Assembly (NCBI GenBank): GCA_900313815.1
Contig: OMST01000056.1
Span: 1 to 48,536 of the forward strand
Reading direction: 5' to 3'
Source of the DNA: an uncultured Eubacteriales bacterium
Lineage (GTDB): Bacteria > Bacillota_I > Bacilli_A > RF39 > UBA660
Length of the DNA: 48,536 nt
Shown piece after piece: positions 1 through 9,899 of this stretch. Position numbers and translations under genes: made by a program. Within the stretch, counting starts at the first letter, position 1, and every line of letters starts with the position of its first letter. The notes beneath the pieces were generated by a model that did no database searches, was not told where the DNA came from, and worked only from the letters and a program-made list of their open reading frames with translations.

Positions 1-630
1 ATTATTTCTATTAAAATCTTTTTTCATTATCAGCATACTTACTTCATCTTCAGTTTGCTTTACTGTTAATCTTTCTTCTATAATTTTATTAAGTAAACTT
101 TTTTGTAAGTCTTCATTTTCTAAAGATAATAATGTTCTTGCATGCCTCTCAGATATTTTATTGTATAATAAAGCATCCCTAACTTCTTTAGGTAAATTTA
201 ATAATCTTAATTTATTTGCTATTGAAGATTGACTAACACTTAATTTGTTTGCAATATCCTCTTGTGTAAAACCTTTATCTATTAATTTTTTATATGATTG
301 AGCTTCTTCTATTACAGTTAAATTTTTTCTTTGTAAATTTTCTAATAAAGCTATTTCAGCACTTGTATTATCATCTGTATTATTTATTATAGCAGGTATT
401 TTCTTAAGTCCAGCTAAACAAGCAGCTTTATATCTTCTTTCTCCTGCTATTATTTCATATTTGTCGGATATTTTTCTTAAAACAATTGGTTGAATTACAC
501 CATATTTAATAATAGAATCAGCTAAATTATTTAATTCTTTCTCATCAAAAGCCAACCTAGGTTGAAATCTATTAGGTAAAATATCTTCAACTGGAATATA
601 ATAAATTTTCTCACTATTGTTTTCTTCCAT
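1..630 (-). CDS. noc: Nucleoid occlusion protein Noc (ParB family), 3' end runs off the window
   Basis: Not in ORF track. Manual translation MEENNSEKIYYIPVEDILPNRFQPR...IIAGERRYKAA...LLENLQRKNL...SQSSIANKLRLLNLP...ISERHAR shows the ParB GERR and ENLQR motifs plus Noc-type QSxIANK and ERHAR. Lies directly downstream of rsmG as in B. subtilis. Confidence 0.85.
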   Translation of the reverse strand, partial: MEENNSEKIYYIPVEDILPNRFQPRLAFDEKELNNLADSIIKYGVIQPIVLRKISDKYEIIAGERRYKAACLAGLKKIPAIINNTDDNTSAEIALLENLQRKNLTVIEEAQSYKKLIDKGFTQEDIANKLSVSQSSIANKLRLLNLPKEVRDALLYNKISERHARTLLSLENEDLQKSLLNKIIEERLTVKQTEDEVSMLIMKKDFNRNN

Positions 631-692
631 ACCCTTTTTCCTCTTTATTATTCTATTATAATTGTAATCTATTTTATTAATATAATCAAGAT

Positions 693-1400
693 TTATTTAT
701 TCTTATATTTTTTAATAATTACATTGTAATTTCTTGGATATATAGAGTTTGTATGTCCAACTTTTACATATTCAATTATAGTTCGCTTTGCATTATTTAT
801 TGGTAAATAATATTCATTTATTTTATTTAATTTTAATTCTAATTTTGGCAGTAATTCTTTACTCATAGATATTTCTTCATCACAATTTGCTTTTAAAGGA
901 ACAATTGATCCATTAATTTTAACAGAAGAAACTGCTATTTCAAGTATTATCGGTAATAAAGTAACTGCTCTACATGTTACTATATCAAATTTTTCTTTAT
1001 TATTTTTACTATATATTTCCATTCTATCATTGATAACTATAACATTTTTTAATTCTAGTTCTTTAACTACCTCTTTTAAAAACGTACATTTTTTATTGTT
1101 AGATTCTATTAATGTTACATTAACATTTTTAAATAAGATAGCTATAACTAGTCCAGGAAAACCTGCTCCTGTACCAAAATCACACAATTCTATATTTTTA
1201 TTTAAATTAACATATTTAGATAATAATAATGAATCATAAAAATGTAGTAGAAATACATCCTCTTTTTTTGTTATTGTAGTCATATTGAATTTTTTATTCC
1301 ATTCAATTAATAAGTCATAATATTTCTCTAATAATTCATAATTACTATTTATTTCGATATTTATTTCTTTACATCTTTTTATAAATTCTTCTTTATTCAT
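693..1400 (-). CDS. rsmG: 16S rRNA (guanine(527)-N7)-methyltransferase
   Basis: WNKKFNMT, HFYDSL, DFGTGAGFPG and TCRAV motifs; follows mnmG. Confidence 0.97.
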   Translation of the reverse strand: MNKEEFIKRCKEINIEINSNYELLEKYYDLLIEWNKKFNMTTITKKEDVFLLHFYDSLLLSKYVNLNKNIELCDFGTGAGFPGLVIAILFKNVNVTLIESNNKKCTFLKEVVKELELKNVIVINDRMEIYSKNNKEKFDIVTCRAVTLLPIILEIAVSSVKINGSIVPLKANCDEEISMSKELLPKLELKLNKINEYYLPINNAKRTIIEYVKVGHTNSIYPRNYNVIIKKYKNK

Positions 1401-3255
1401 TATTATATTCCTTTTTTAAATAAACTAATAACATAGTTATATCTGATGGATTAACTCCACTTATTCTAGAAGCTTGACCAATTGTTAATGGTTTTACTTT
1501 TATAAATTTTTGTTTTGCTTCAGTTGCTATATTAGGTACTTTCTCATAATCAATATCATTAGGTATTTTTTTACTTTCAAGTTTTAACATTTTTTCAACC
1601 TCTTGATTTGTTTTATTAATATATCCTTCATATTTAATTTCGGTTTGTACCATATCTGCTATTCTAGAATTGTAATCTTGATTTAAATATTTTAACAATT
1701 TAGTAATCTCAATTTCTGGCCTTTTTAAAATATTCTTTAAGCTTGTTTTTCCGTATAATTGAGAAGACCCATTTTCTTCTAAAAATCTATTAGTATCTGC
1801 AGTTGGTGTTAAATAATTATTATCTAAATATATATTTAATTTATTCATTTCATTAAGAATATTCAAATAAATATTATATTTTTCATCATTAATTAATCCT
1901 ATTTTTCTTCCATATTCTGTTAATCTAATACTGGCATTATCATGTCTTAATAATAATCTAAATTCAGCTCTTGAAGTTAATAATCTATATGGTTCAGTTA
2001 TTCCTTTATTTATTAAATCATCTATTAAAACTCCAATATATGCTTCATTTCTTTTAAGAATAAATGGTTCCTTATTTTTTATTTTTAAAGAAGCGTTAAT
2101 ACCTGCAATTAATCCTTGTGCTGCTGCCTCTTCATATCCACTTGTTCCATTTATTTGACCAGCTGTAAATAAATTAGATATTATTTTATTTTCTAATGTT
2201 AAATTTAATTGTAAAGGATCTATAGCGTCATATTCTATAGCATATCCATATTTTGTTATTTTAACATTATGTAAGCCTTCCATAGTCTTTAACAATTTTT
2301 CTTGGATATCATGTGGCATTGTCGTTGAAAAGCCTCCAACATAGTATTCTATATCATCACTTCTTTCAGGCTCTAAAAATATTTGATGTCTTTCTTTATC
2401 ATTAAATTTTACAACTTTATCTTCTATTGAAGGGCAATATCTTGGTCCTACTCCTTTTATCATTCCACTATATAATGCACATTTATCAAGATTGTCCATT
2501 ATTATCTTATGAGTTTCCTTATTAGTATAAGTTAAATAGCAAGGATATTGTTTATCAATATCATATGTTGCATCATAAAAATTACTAAAAGTTAGTGGTT
2601 CTTTATCTCCTAACTCTATTTGAACTTCATCAAAATTAATACTTTCTTTTAGTATTCTTGGTGGAGTTCCTGTTTTAAGTCTAATTAATTTAATACCATT
2701 TTTTTCTAAGAAAGGACTTAAAAACATAGAATTTTTTTCACCATGAGGTCCACCTTTATATTTTTCATGTCCACACATGATATCAGAATTTAAATAAGTA
2801 CCTGTTGTTAAAATTACAATTTTACTATTTATTTTTTCATTTTCTTCTGTAATTATTCCTTTAGCAGTTTTATTATCAATTATTAATTCTTTTACTGTTG
2901 ACTCTTTTAAATCTAAATTTGGTGTTTCATTTAATGTTTTTAACATTTGTTTTGGGTAATTAACTTTACAACCTTGTGCTCGTAAAGATCTTACACCGGG
3001 ACCTTTTTTAACATTTAACATTTTTATTTGTAAAAGAGTTCTATCTGTACAGTATCCCATTTCTCCACCTAATGCATCTATTTCTCTTACCACTATTCCT
3101 TTAGCACTTCCACCAATAGATGGATTACATGGCATATCAGCTATATTTTTAAAATTTGTTGTAATAAGAAGTGTTTTTATTCCCATTCGGGCACATGCTA
3201 AAGAAGCTTCACATCCTGCGTGACCTCCTCCAACTACTATTACATCATATTCCAT
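1393..3255 (-). CDS. mnmG: tRNA uridine-5-carboxymethylaminomethyl(34) synthesis enzyme
   Basis: VVGGGHAGCEA, MPCNPSIGG, KTGTPPR, GPRYCPSIEDK, AGQINGTSGYEEAAAQG. Start moved to the ATG at 3255 (MEYDVIVVGGG). Confidence 0.98.
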   Translation of the reverse strand: MEYDVIVVGGGHAGCEASLACARMGIKTLLITTNFKNIADMPCNPSIGGSAKGIVVREIDALGGEMGYCTDRTLLQIKMLNVKKGPGVRSLRAQGCKVNYPKQMLKTLNETPNLDLKESTVKELIIDNKTAKGIITEENEKINSKIVILTTGTYLNSDIMCGHEKYKGGPHGEKNSMFLSPFLEKNGIKLIRLKTGTPPRILKESINFDEVQIELGDKEPLTFSNFYDATYDIDKQYPCYLTYTNKETHKIIMDNLDKCALYSGMIKGVGPRYCPSIEDKVVKFNDKERHQIFLEPERSDDIEYYVGGFSTTMPHDIQEKLLKTMEGLHNVKITKYGYAIEYDAIDPLQLNLTLENKIISNLFTAGQINGTSGYEEAAAQGLIAGINASLKIKNKEPFILKRNEAYIGVLIDDLINKGITEPYRLLTSRAEFRLLLRHDNASIRLTEYGRKIGLINDEKYNIYLNILNEMNKLNIYLDNNYLTPTADTNRFLEENGSSQLYGKTSLKNILKRPEIEITKLLKYLNQDYNSRIADMVQTEIKYEGYINKTNQEVEKMLKLESKKIPNDIDYEKVPNIATEAKQKFIKVKPLTIGQASRISGVNPSDITMLLVYLKKEYNNE

Positions 3256-3263
3256 ATTATCAT

Positions 3264-4616
3264 CTACTTTCCTAGACAAAATTTACTAAATATTTCATTT
3301 AATAAATCTTCATTACTTGATTCGCCTGTTATATCACTTAAACATTCCCATAATCTTTTTACATCTATTTCTATTAAATCTATTTCATATTCATTTTTTA
3401 TTGCTTGATCAATATCATCTATTATTTCTAAACATTTATTTAATAAAGATATTTGTCTAGCATTTGAAATATATGCATAATTAGATTTTGTTATATTATT
3501 TAAATCAAATATTTCTGTTATTTTCTTTTTTAATTTTTCTATTTTATCATTATCAAAACTAGATAAACTTATATTATTGTATTTATCTAATTCTTTTACA
3601 TTGTAATTTTCTTTTAAATCATTTTTATTATATATAACTAATATTTCTTTATTACTCAATTTAGCTAATATTTCTTTATCCTCATTATTCCAGCCTTCAT
3701 TACTATCTACTACAAATAAAACTAAGTCAGCATCATTTATTGCTTCAATACTTCTTTCAACACCAATTGATTCAACTACATCAGTTGTTTTTCTTATTCC
3801 AGCAGTATCTAATATATCAATTTTAATACCTTCTAACATTAAACTTCCTTCAATTATATCTCTAGTTGTTCCTTTAATATCAGTTACGATAGCTTTATTT
3901 TCGTTTAATAAGGCATTTAATATACTACTTTTACCAACATTAGGTTTTCCTACTATAACAATTTTTAAACCATTTTTTACTAATAATCCTTTTTTACTAT
4001 TATTTAATAATTCTTCTATTTTATTTTTAATTTCTTTATTAGTATCATTAATCATTTCTTTAGTAACTACTACTGCATCTTCATATTCAGGATAATCTAT
4101 GTTGACTTCTATATTGGCTATTAAAGATAATACTTTTTCTTTTAAACCGTTAATAACATTATAAATTGTTTTATCTATTCCTTTTAAAGCCATTTTTCTT
4201 GAACCTTCAGTTTGTGCATTAATTAAATCACTTACGGCTTCTGCTTGAGTTAAATCAATTCTACCATTTAAAAAAGCTCTTTTTAAAAATTCACCAGGCT
4301 CAGCCATTCTAGCACCATTGGATAATAATAATTCCATTACTTTATTTACTGATGTTGGTCCTCCATGCATACTTATTTCAATTACATCTTCCATAGTAAA
4401 ACTTTTAGGAGATAAAAATATTGATAAAAATACTTCATCTACTTTTTCATTACCTTCTAATATATATCCATAATTAATAGTATGACTTTTAAATTTAGTA
4501 ATGTCCCTTGAAAATATTTTATTAGCTATGCTAATTGCATCTTTTCCACTTAATCTAATAACATTAATTGAACTTTTTCCTATAGTTGTAGCTACAGCCA
4601 CTATTGTATCTTCCAT
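3264..4616 (-). CDS. mnmE: tRNA modification GTPase
   Basis: GKPNVGKSS, GTTRD, DTAGIR, NKND and C-terminal FCLGK. Confidence 0.98.
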   Translation of the reverse strand: MEDTIVAVATTIGKSSINVIRLSGKDAISIANKIFSRDITKFKSHTINYGYILEGNEKVDEVFLSIFLSPKSFTMEDVIEISMHGGPTSVNKVMELLLSNGARMAEPGEFLKRAFLNGRIDLTQAEAVSDLINAQTEGSRKMALKGIDKTIYNVINGLKEKVLSLIANIEVNIDYPEYEDAVVVTKEMINDTNKEIKNKIEELLNNSKKGLLVKNGLKIVIVGKPNVGKSSILNALLNENKAIVTDIKGTTRDIIEGSLMLEGIKIDILDTAGIRKTTDVVESIGVERSIEAINDADLVLFVVDSNEGWNNEDKEILAKLSNKEILVIYNKNDLKENYNVKELDKYNNISLSSFDNDKIEKLKKKITEIFDLNNITKSNYAYISNARQISLLNKCLEIIDDIDQAIKNEYEIDLIEIDVKRLWECLSDITGESSNEDLLNEIFSKFCLGK

Positions 4617-4641
4617 TTATATCTCCCTTTCTTCACGCTAG

Positions 4642-4650
4642 ATTATAACA
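4642..4650 (-). promoter_or_regulatory. Extended -10 promoter (TGnTATAAT) for mnmE-mnmG-rsmG
   Basis: Minus strand reads TGTTATAAT upstream of the AAGGGAG RBS of mnmE. Confidence 0.55.
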
Positions 4651-4684
4651 TATTGTTACAAATAAAAAAAGATTAAATATTATA

Positions 4685-5305
4685 TTAATCTTCTTTATTT
4701 TCTACATATTTTATAACAACGCAGCGATTTGGTTCTTCTCCTTCACTTTCAGTTTTAACATATTTAAATCCTTGAAGTGCTGAATGAACTACTTTTCTTT
4801 CATATGAATTCATTGGATCTAATTTTACATCTATTTTAGATAATGTTACATCTCTTGCAATTTTTTTAACTTTCTTTTCAAGAAAATAATTTTGTTTTTC
4901 TTTATATTTTTCAACATCAACTAAAATATTTACATATAAACCAACTGTATTATAAATTGCTTGTCTTAAATAGCTTTGAATTGAATCTAAAATATGACCT
5001 TTTTTACCAATTAAAACTGAATTATTTTGTGAAAATATTTCATATTTTATTTGAGATTCACGAATTTTAGTTTCTATATTTGTACTAATATTAAGACCAT
5101 TTAATAATTCTGAAAGAATTTCTTTTCCGACAGATGCTACATCACTTAATTTAACTACTTCAAGTATGTATTTTTTTCCGCTAAATAATCCACCTTTTTC
5201 TTCATATAAATTAGTAATAACATCCTCTTCTTTAACTTTTAATTCTTCTAAAGCTTTCTCTAATAAATCTTCTTTACTTTTTGATTGAAATTTATACTTC
5301 TCCAT
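4685..5305 (-). CDS. jag: Jag/EloR/KhpB RNA-binding protein (Jag_N, KH, R3H)
   Basis: KH LIGKKG, R3H PMNSYERKVVH and SEGEEPNR; follows yidC. Confidence 0.95.
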   Translation of the reverse strand: MEKYKFQSKSKEDLLEKALEELKVKEEDVITNLYEEKGGLFSGKKYILEVVKLSDVASVGKEILSELLNGLNISTNIETKIRESQIKYEIFSQNNSVLIGKKGHILDSIQSYLRQAIYNTVGLYVNILVDVEKYKEKQNYFLEKKVKKIARDVTLSKIDVKLDPMNSYERKVVHSALQGFKYVKTESEGEEPNRCVVIKYVENKED

Positions 5306-5310
5306 AACTA

Positions 5311-6219
5311 CTATAACTTACCTTTCTTTATTATTAAATTTTGAATAATAGTAAATCCATTAGATACTATCCAATATAAAGCAATTGATGTTGGTAAACT
5401 AAATGAAATTATAGAAATAAACACTATCATAAATGTACTCATCATTTTCATTTGTTTTGCTTGATCTGTATTTCCACTATTATTCATATTTTTAAATGAA
5501 AAATATGTTGCGCCTATAATTAATAATACTATAATAGCATACCAATAATTTCCCGCTCTCATTCCTTCTAGTGGTGTTGTTCCTAAATTAAATACAAGAA
5601 ATTTATTTTCAAAAAATGCTGGTACTCTATAGACTGCTTCTAAAAATGCAAAGAATATAGGTAATTGTAAAAATGCAAATAAGCAACCTGACATCGGGCT
5701 TATATTATGTTTCTTATATATAAGCATCATTTCTTGACTTTTTGCCATCATTGATTCTTTATCTTCTTTACCTTTATATTTTCTTTCTAAGTTATCTAAA
5801 TCTTTTTGAGCTTTTTTCATATTTTCACTCATATTTGTAGATTTTTTAGAAAGTGGAAACATAATTGCTCTTAATAAAAAACCAACTATCATAATAGCGA
5901 GACCATTACTTTTAACAAAATTACCTATTTTTATGATTATCCATGCTAAAGGTTTAACAAAAACTGATGTCCATAAACCTTCATATCCACCAGAATTAAT
6001 TTTTAATTTTGAACACTTTGGTAATTTTTCATATTCAACTAACAATTTATCACTATTTTCAATATATATTTGTTGTAATTCTTTACTTTGTGGTTTACAT
6101 AATATATTTGAAACATATTGTTTTTTATTTTTTCCATCGTCTGTTTCAATAGTAAATCTTTTTGTACATCCCGTTAAAGTTACTAATAGTAATAATAATA
6201 TAACTATTTTTTTCTTCAT
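5311..6219 (-). CDS. yidC: Membrane protein insertase YidC/SpoIIIJ (lipoprotein)
   Basis: Lipobox LTGC, GCLFAFLQLPIF, LPTSIALYWIVSN; rnpA-yidC-jag synteny. Confidence 0.95.
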   Translation of the reverse strand: MKKKIVILLLLLVTLTGCTKRFTIETDDGKNKKQYVSNILCKPQSKELQQIYIENSDKLLVEYEKLPKCSKLKINSGGYEGLWTSVFVKPLAWIIIKIGNFVKSNGLAIMIVGFLLRAIMFPLSKKSTNMSENMKKAQKDLDNLERKYKGKEDKESMMAKSQEMMLIYKKHNISPMSGCLFAFLQLPIFFAFLEAVYRVPAFFENKFLVFNLGTTPLEGMRAGNYWYAIIVLLIIGATYFSFKNMNNSGNTDQAKQMKMMSTFMIVFISIISFSLPTSIALYWIVSNGFTIIQNLIIKKGKL

Positions 6220-6539
6220 TATTTTTCTCCTTTCAATATTTTTATTATTATATCTTTCATATCTATATAAGAAAGATTCATAATTCCGTTCCTTAATATT
6301 ATAACATAATCATTTGAATTATCTATATTATTTTTCATTAGAATATCTTTCATTCTTCTTTTTAATAAATTTCTTACGTTAGCTTTTCCTATTTTTTTAC
6401 TAACACTTATACAATATCTATTGTAATTAATAGAGTTTTTTTTATAATAAACAATAAAATATTTATCAACTATTTTATTTGAATTAGATATTATTTTTTG
6501 TATTTCTTCATTTTTTTTAATTATATATTTCTTATTCAT
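6219..6539 (-). CDS. rnpA: Ribonuclease P protein component
   Basis: ISVSKKIGKANVRNLLKRR (RNR motif); follows rpmH. Confidence 0.95.
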   Translation of the reverse strand: MNKKYIIKKNEEIQKIISNSNKIVDKYFIVYYKKNSINYNRYCISVSKKIGKANVRNLLKRRMKDILMKNNIDNSNDYVIILRNGIMNLSYIDMKDIIIKILKGEK

Positions 6540-6597
6540 AATATTTCCTTTTCAAAAATATTATATAAAAAAAATTACTTATTTAAAAGTAATTTTA

Positions 6598-6720
6598 TTA
6601 TTTTGATAATTCTTTTCTTCCTTTAGATCTTCTTGCTTTTATAACTGAACTACCTTTTCTTGATAAAAAACCAGATGTTTTTCTTTTTTTACTATTATTA
6701 GGTTGAAATGTTCTTTTCAT
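6598..6720 (-). CDS. rpmH: 50S ribosomal protein L34 (40 aa)
   Basis: Not in ORF track. Manual translation [40 protein letters not shown], with RBS AAGGGAG; divergent from dnaA. Confidence 0.95.
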   Translation of the reverse strand: MKRTFQPNNSKKRKTSGFLSRKGSSVIKARRSKGRKELSK

Positions 6721-6751
6721 AAATAACTCCCTTTCTTTAATAACTGAAAAA

Positions 6752-6780
6752 ATTATATATTATCTTTTAATTTTTGTCAA
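6752..6780 (-). promoter_or_regulatory. Sigma-A promoter of the rpmH operon
   Basis: Minus strand TTGACA-17 bp-TATAAT, perfect consensus. Confidence 0.85.
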
Positions 6781-7021
6781 ATTTATAATAATTTACTAAA
6801 TATATAATATTATGTTAACTTCTTTTTTAAGAATATATTAATTTTTTATTAACAACCAACTAACAATATTATGTTAACTTGTTAATAAGGTTGTTAATAA
6901 ATTAATATTATGTTAATAACTTATTTTGTTGATATTGTTGATAACTTGTATTTTTTACTTTAAAATAAGAAAAAATTATGTGGACAAATTATTAATTACT
7001 TGTTAATATAAATGTTAATTA
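6781..7021. other. oriC, DnaA-box cluster upstream of dnaA
   Basis: TTATTAACA/TGTTAATAA at 6846, 6880, 6892 and 6911; TGTTGATAA at 6936; TGTGGACAA at 6979; near-matches at 6927, 7001 and 7013. Gene orientation switches here. Confidence 0.85.
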
Positions 7022-7032
7022 AATTATTTAAT

Positions 7033-7060
7033 TTGACATTGAAGAAAGTTGTTTTATAAT
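7033..7060 (+). promoter_or_regulatory. Sigma-A promoter of dnaA
   Basis: TTGACA(7033)-16 bp-TATAAT(7055). Confidence 0.75.
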
Positions 7061-7093
7061 TTAATTAGAGGATTAGGGAAAGGATTTGGTTAT

Positions 7094-8533
7094 ATGAATA
7101 ATTCAGATATTTGGTCATCTTTTATAACAAAAGTTAAATCTAAAGTAACTTTAATGTCATATAACTATGTTTTTAAAGATCTTAAATTATATTCCTATGA
7201 AAATTCAATTGTAACTATTATTGTTCCAAATAATGAACTATTACTTCAAAATATTAAAAAAAATTATAATGATATAATTGAGGAAATATTTAATGAAATT
7301 ACAAATGATTCATGTGAAATTAAATATATTTTTCAAAATGATGAAAAGAATATTAAGAAAAAAAGAAATATCATTAATATTAAAGATGAAATAGTTGATA
7401 TAGATAATGAAAATAATATAAATAGCATTGAAGATGAATTTGATGATTTTGATGATAATATATCTAATTATAAATATAATAGTAATTTTAAACCCGAATA
7501 TACATTTGATACTTTTGTAGTTGGAGATTCAAATAAACTGGCGTACGGAACTGCATTATCTGTCGCACAAAATCCAGGTAAATTATATAATCCTTATTTT
7601 ATATATGCAAAAAGTGGACTTGGAAAAACACATTTATTACATGCAATAGGAAATTATATTGTTACTCACTCTGATAAAAAAGTTTTATATATTACAGCTG
7701 AAGAGTTTTCAAATGATTATAGATCAATTATTAATACTAAAAATAAATCAGAAAATAATATATCTTATTTAGAAGCATTTAGAAAAAAATATAGAAATAT
7801 TGATGTTTTAATGATAGATGATATACAATTTTTAGAAAACATGCAAAAATCTCAAATAGAATTTACTAATACTTTTAATTCTTTATATGATAATGAAAAA
7901 CAAATTATTATAGCATCTGATACTTCTATAGATGATTATAAATATTTGGAAGACAGATTAAAAACTAGATTTAGATGGGGATTAACAGAATCTATAAATC
8001 CTCCTGAAATTGAACTTAAAAAAAATATTATTAGAAATAAAATTAAAATTAACAATTATGATTTAGATATTAATGAAGATGTTATAGATTATATTGCTAA
8101 CAATTGCGGAAGTGATATTAGAAACTTAGAAGGTTCAGTATTGAGAATAGTAGCATATAAAGCAACTTTTAATATTGATAATGTTACTTTAGATATTGCA
8201 AAAGAAGCTCTACAAGATTATGTTACTAATAAAGTATATAGAACTAATTCAGTTGAAAAAATAATTGATGTTGTTGCTAAATACTTTAAATTAGATTCTG
8301 GTATGTTAAAAGGAAAAATGAAAAAGAAAAATGTTACTGATGCTAGAGCTATAGCAATGTATCTAAGTAGAATAATGACTGATGAAAGTTTACAACGAAT
8401 AGGATTAGAATTTGGAGGTAGAGATCATTCAACTGTAATTTATTCACATGAAAAAATATCTAATGAATTAAAAAATAATATACAATTACAAGAACAAATT
8501 AAAATACTTAAAGATAAAATATGTGAACAATAA
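7094..8533 (+). CDS. dnaA: Chromosomal replication initiator
   Basis: YTFDTFVVG, YNPYFIYAKSGLGKTHL, IDDIQF, EDRLKTRF, GGRDHSTV. ATG 7094 chosen because it follows a GAAAGGA RBS. Confidence 0.98.
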   Translation: MNNSDIWSSFITKVKSKVTLMSYNYVFKDLKLYSYENSIVTIIVPNNELLLQNIKKNYNDIIEEIFNEITNDSCEIKYIFQNDEKNIKKKRNIINIKDEIVDIDNENNINSIEDEFDDFDDNISNYKYNSNFKPEYTFDTFVVGDSNKLAYGTALSVAQNPGKLYNPYFIYAKSGLGKTHLLHAIGNYIVTHSDKKVLYITAEEFSNDYRSIINTKNKSENNISYLEAFRKKYRNIDVLMIDDIQFLENMQKSQIEFTNTFNSLYDNEKQIIIASDTSIDDYKYLEDRLKTRFRWGLTESINPPEIELKKNIIRNKIKINNYDLDINEDVIDYIANNCGSDIRNLEGSVLRIVAYKATFNIDNVTLDIAKEALQDYVTNKVYRTNSVEKIIDVVAKYFKLDSGMLKGKMKKKNVTDARAIAMYLSRIMTDESLQRIGLEFGGRDHSTVIYSHEKISNELKNNIQLQEQIKILKDKICEQ

Positions 8534-8650
8534 TATATTATTTAACATATTAACATCTATATATAAACAATAAAAATTGTTTAAAATAAAGAAAAAAATA
8601 AGTTATTAACAATATTAACACTAATATTAATAATAATTAAATAATAAAGG
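8534..8650. other. oriC, dnaA-dnaN part with tandem DnaA boxes, DnaA-trios and AT-rich unwinding element
   Basis: TTATTAACA(8603) ATATTAACA(8612) followed by CTA ATA TTA ATA ATA (8621-8635); further box-like matches at 8539-8569. Confidence 0.75.
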
Positions 8651-8661
8651 AGAAATGAAAA

Positions 8662-9780
8662 ATGAAAATGATTATTGAAAAAAGAATATTAATTGAAAGT
8701 TTAAATTGTGTTAGTAAAGCATTAAGTACAAGAAATATTATTCCTGTATTAAATGGTATTAAATTTGATTTAACAAAAAAAGGTTTATTTTTAACAGCAA
8801 CTGATAATGATATAACTATTCAAACTTTTATAGAAAAAAAGAATATTGCATCTATAGAAGAAGAAGGTTGTTCTATTATATATGGAAAAACTTTATTAAA
8901 TACTATTAGTAAATTGCAAAATGGAATGTTAGAAGTAGAAATATTTGAAAATAATGAAGTAACTTTTAAAACAGAAAATGGTGGTATATATAATTTTCCT
9001 TGCTTTAATAAAGAAGATTTTCCTTCTATAAATTTAGAATTACAAAAGAAACCTTTAGAATTAGATGCATTAAAATTTAGAGAAATTATAAATAATACTA
9101 GTTTTGCATGTTCATTACAAGAAAGTAGACCATTATTAACAGGTGTTAACATTAAAATAATAGGAGATTTATTTGAATGTGTTGCAACTGATTCATATAG
9201 ACTTTCTAAATATAATATAAAAATTAATAAAATTCCTGATGAAAATTTTAATATTGTAGTTCCCGCTAGAAATATTAATGAATTTGTAAAAATAATTAAT
9301 GAAGAAAATGTTGTAGAATTACATGTATTTTCAAATAAATTATTATTAAAATATGGAAATGTTTTATTTCAAACATCTTTATTAAATGGTACATATCCTA
9401 ATACTGATAATTCTATTCCAAAAGAATTTAAATATCAAATTCAAGCTAATTTAAAGGAATTTTATTCTTTGTTAGATACAGCATCATCTTTAACGCAATC
9501 AAAAGATAAAAATATAGTAGATTTAGAAATCAAAGATAATAATTTAATTATAAGTGCGACTAGTTTAGAAGGAAAAGGAAAGGATAAAATAAATATTCAA
9601 AATAAAACAAAGAATAATATAAAAATTTCTTTTAGTGTAAGATATATGTTAGAAGCATTAAAAGTATTTAAAGAAGAAGATATTCAAATATTATTAAATG
9701 GTGAAATAAGTCCTATTATATTAAAAAATTTAAAAAATGAAGAATTAATTGAATTAATTTTACCAATGAAGACATATTAA
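8662..9780 (+). CDS. dnaN: DNA polymerase III beta sliding clamp
   Basis: IIPVLNGIK, ESRPLLTGV, VATDSYRL, LLNGTYP and C-terminal LILPMKTY. Confidence 0.97.
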   Translation: MKMIIEKRILIESLNCVSKALSTRNIIPVLNGIKFDLTKKGLFLTATDNDITIQTFIEKKNIASIEEEGCSIIYGKTLLNTISKLQNGMLEVEIFENNEVTFKTENGGIYNFPCFNKEDFPSINLELQKKPLELDALKFREIINNTSFACSLQESRPLLTGVNIKIIGDLFECVATDSYRLSKYNIKINKIPDENFNIVVPARNINEFVKIINEENVVELHVFSNKLLLKYGNVLFQTSLLNGTYPNTDNSIPKEFKYQIQANLKEFYSLLDTASSLTQSKDKNIVDLEIKDNNLIISATSLEGKGKDKINIQNKTKNNIKISFSVRYMLEALKVFKEEDIQILLNGEISPIILKNLKNEELIELILPMKTY

Positions 9781-9804
9781 AAACGAATTTATTCGTTTTT
9801 TTTT
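9779..9804 (+). terminator. Intrinsic terminator after dnaN
   Basis: AAAAACGAAT-TT-ATTCGTTTTT inverted repeat plus T-run. Confidence 0.75.
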
Positions 9805-9819
9805 ATAAAAAAATATGAA

Positions 9820-9846
9820 TTCGACACTATTCGACAAATTTCGACA
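9820..9846 (+). promoter_or_regulatory. Three tandem Spo0A boxes (TTCGACA, reverse complement of TGTCGAA)
   Basis: TTCGACA at 9820, 9830 and 9840, exact 10-bp period, 54-80 bp upstream of the comK-like ATG. Confidence 0.8.
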
Positions 9847-9899
9847 AACCTATTATGTTATTGTATTAGTCATTATTTAAAGAAAGGGGGAATTCTTAA

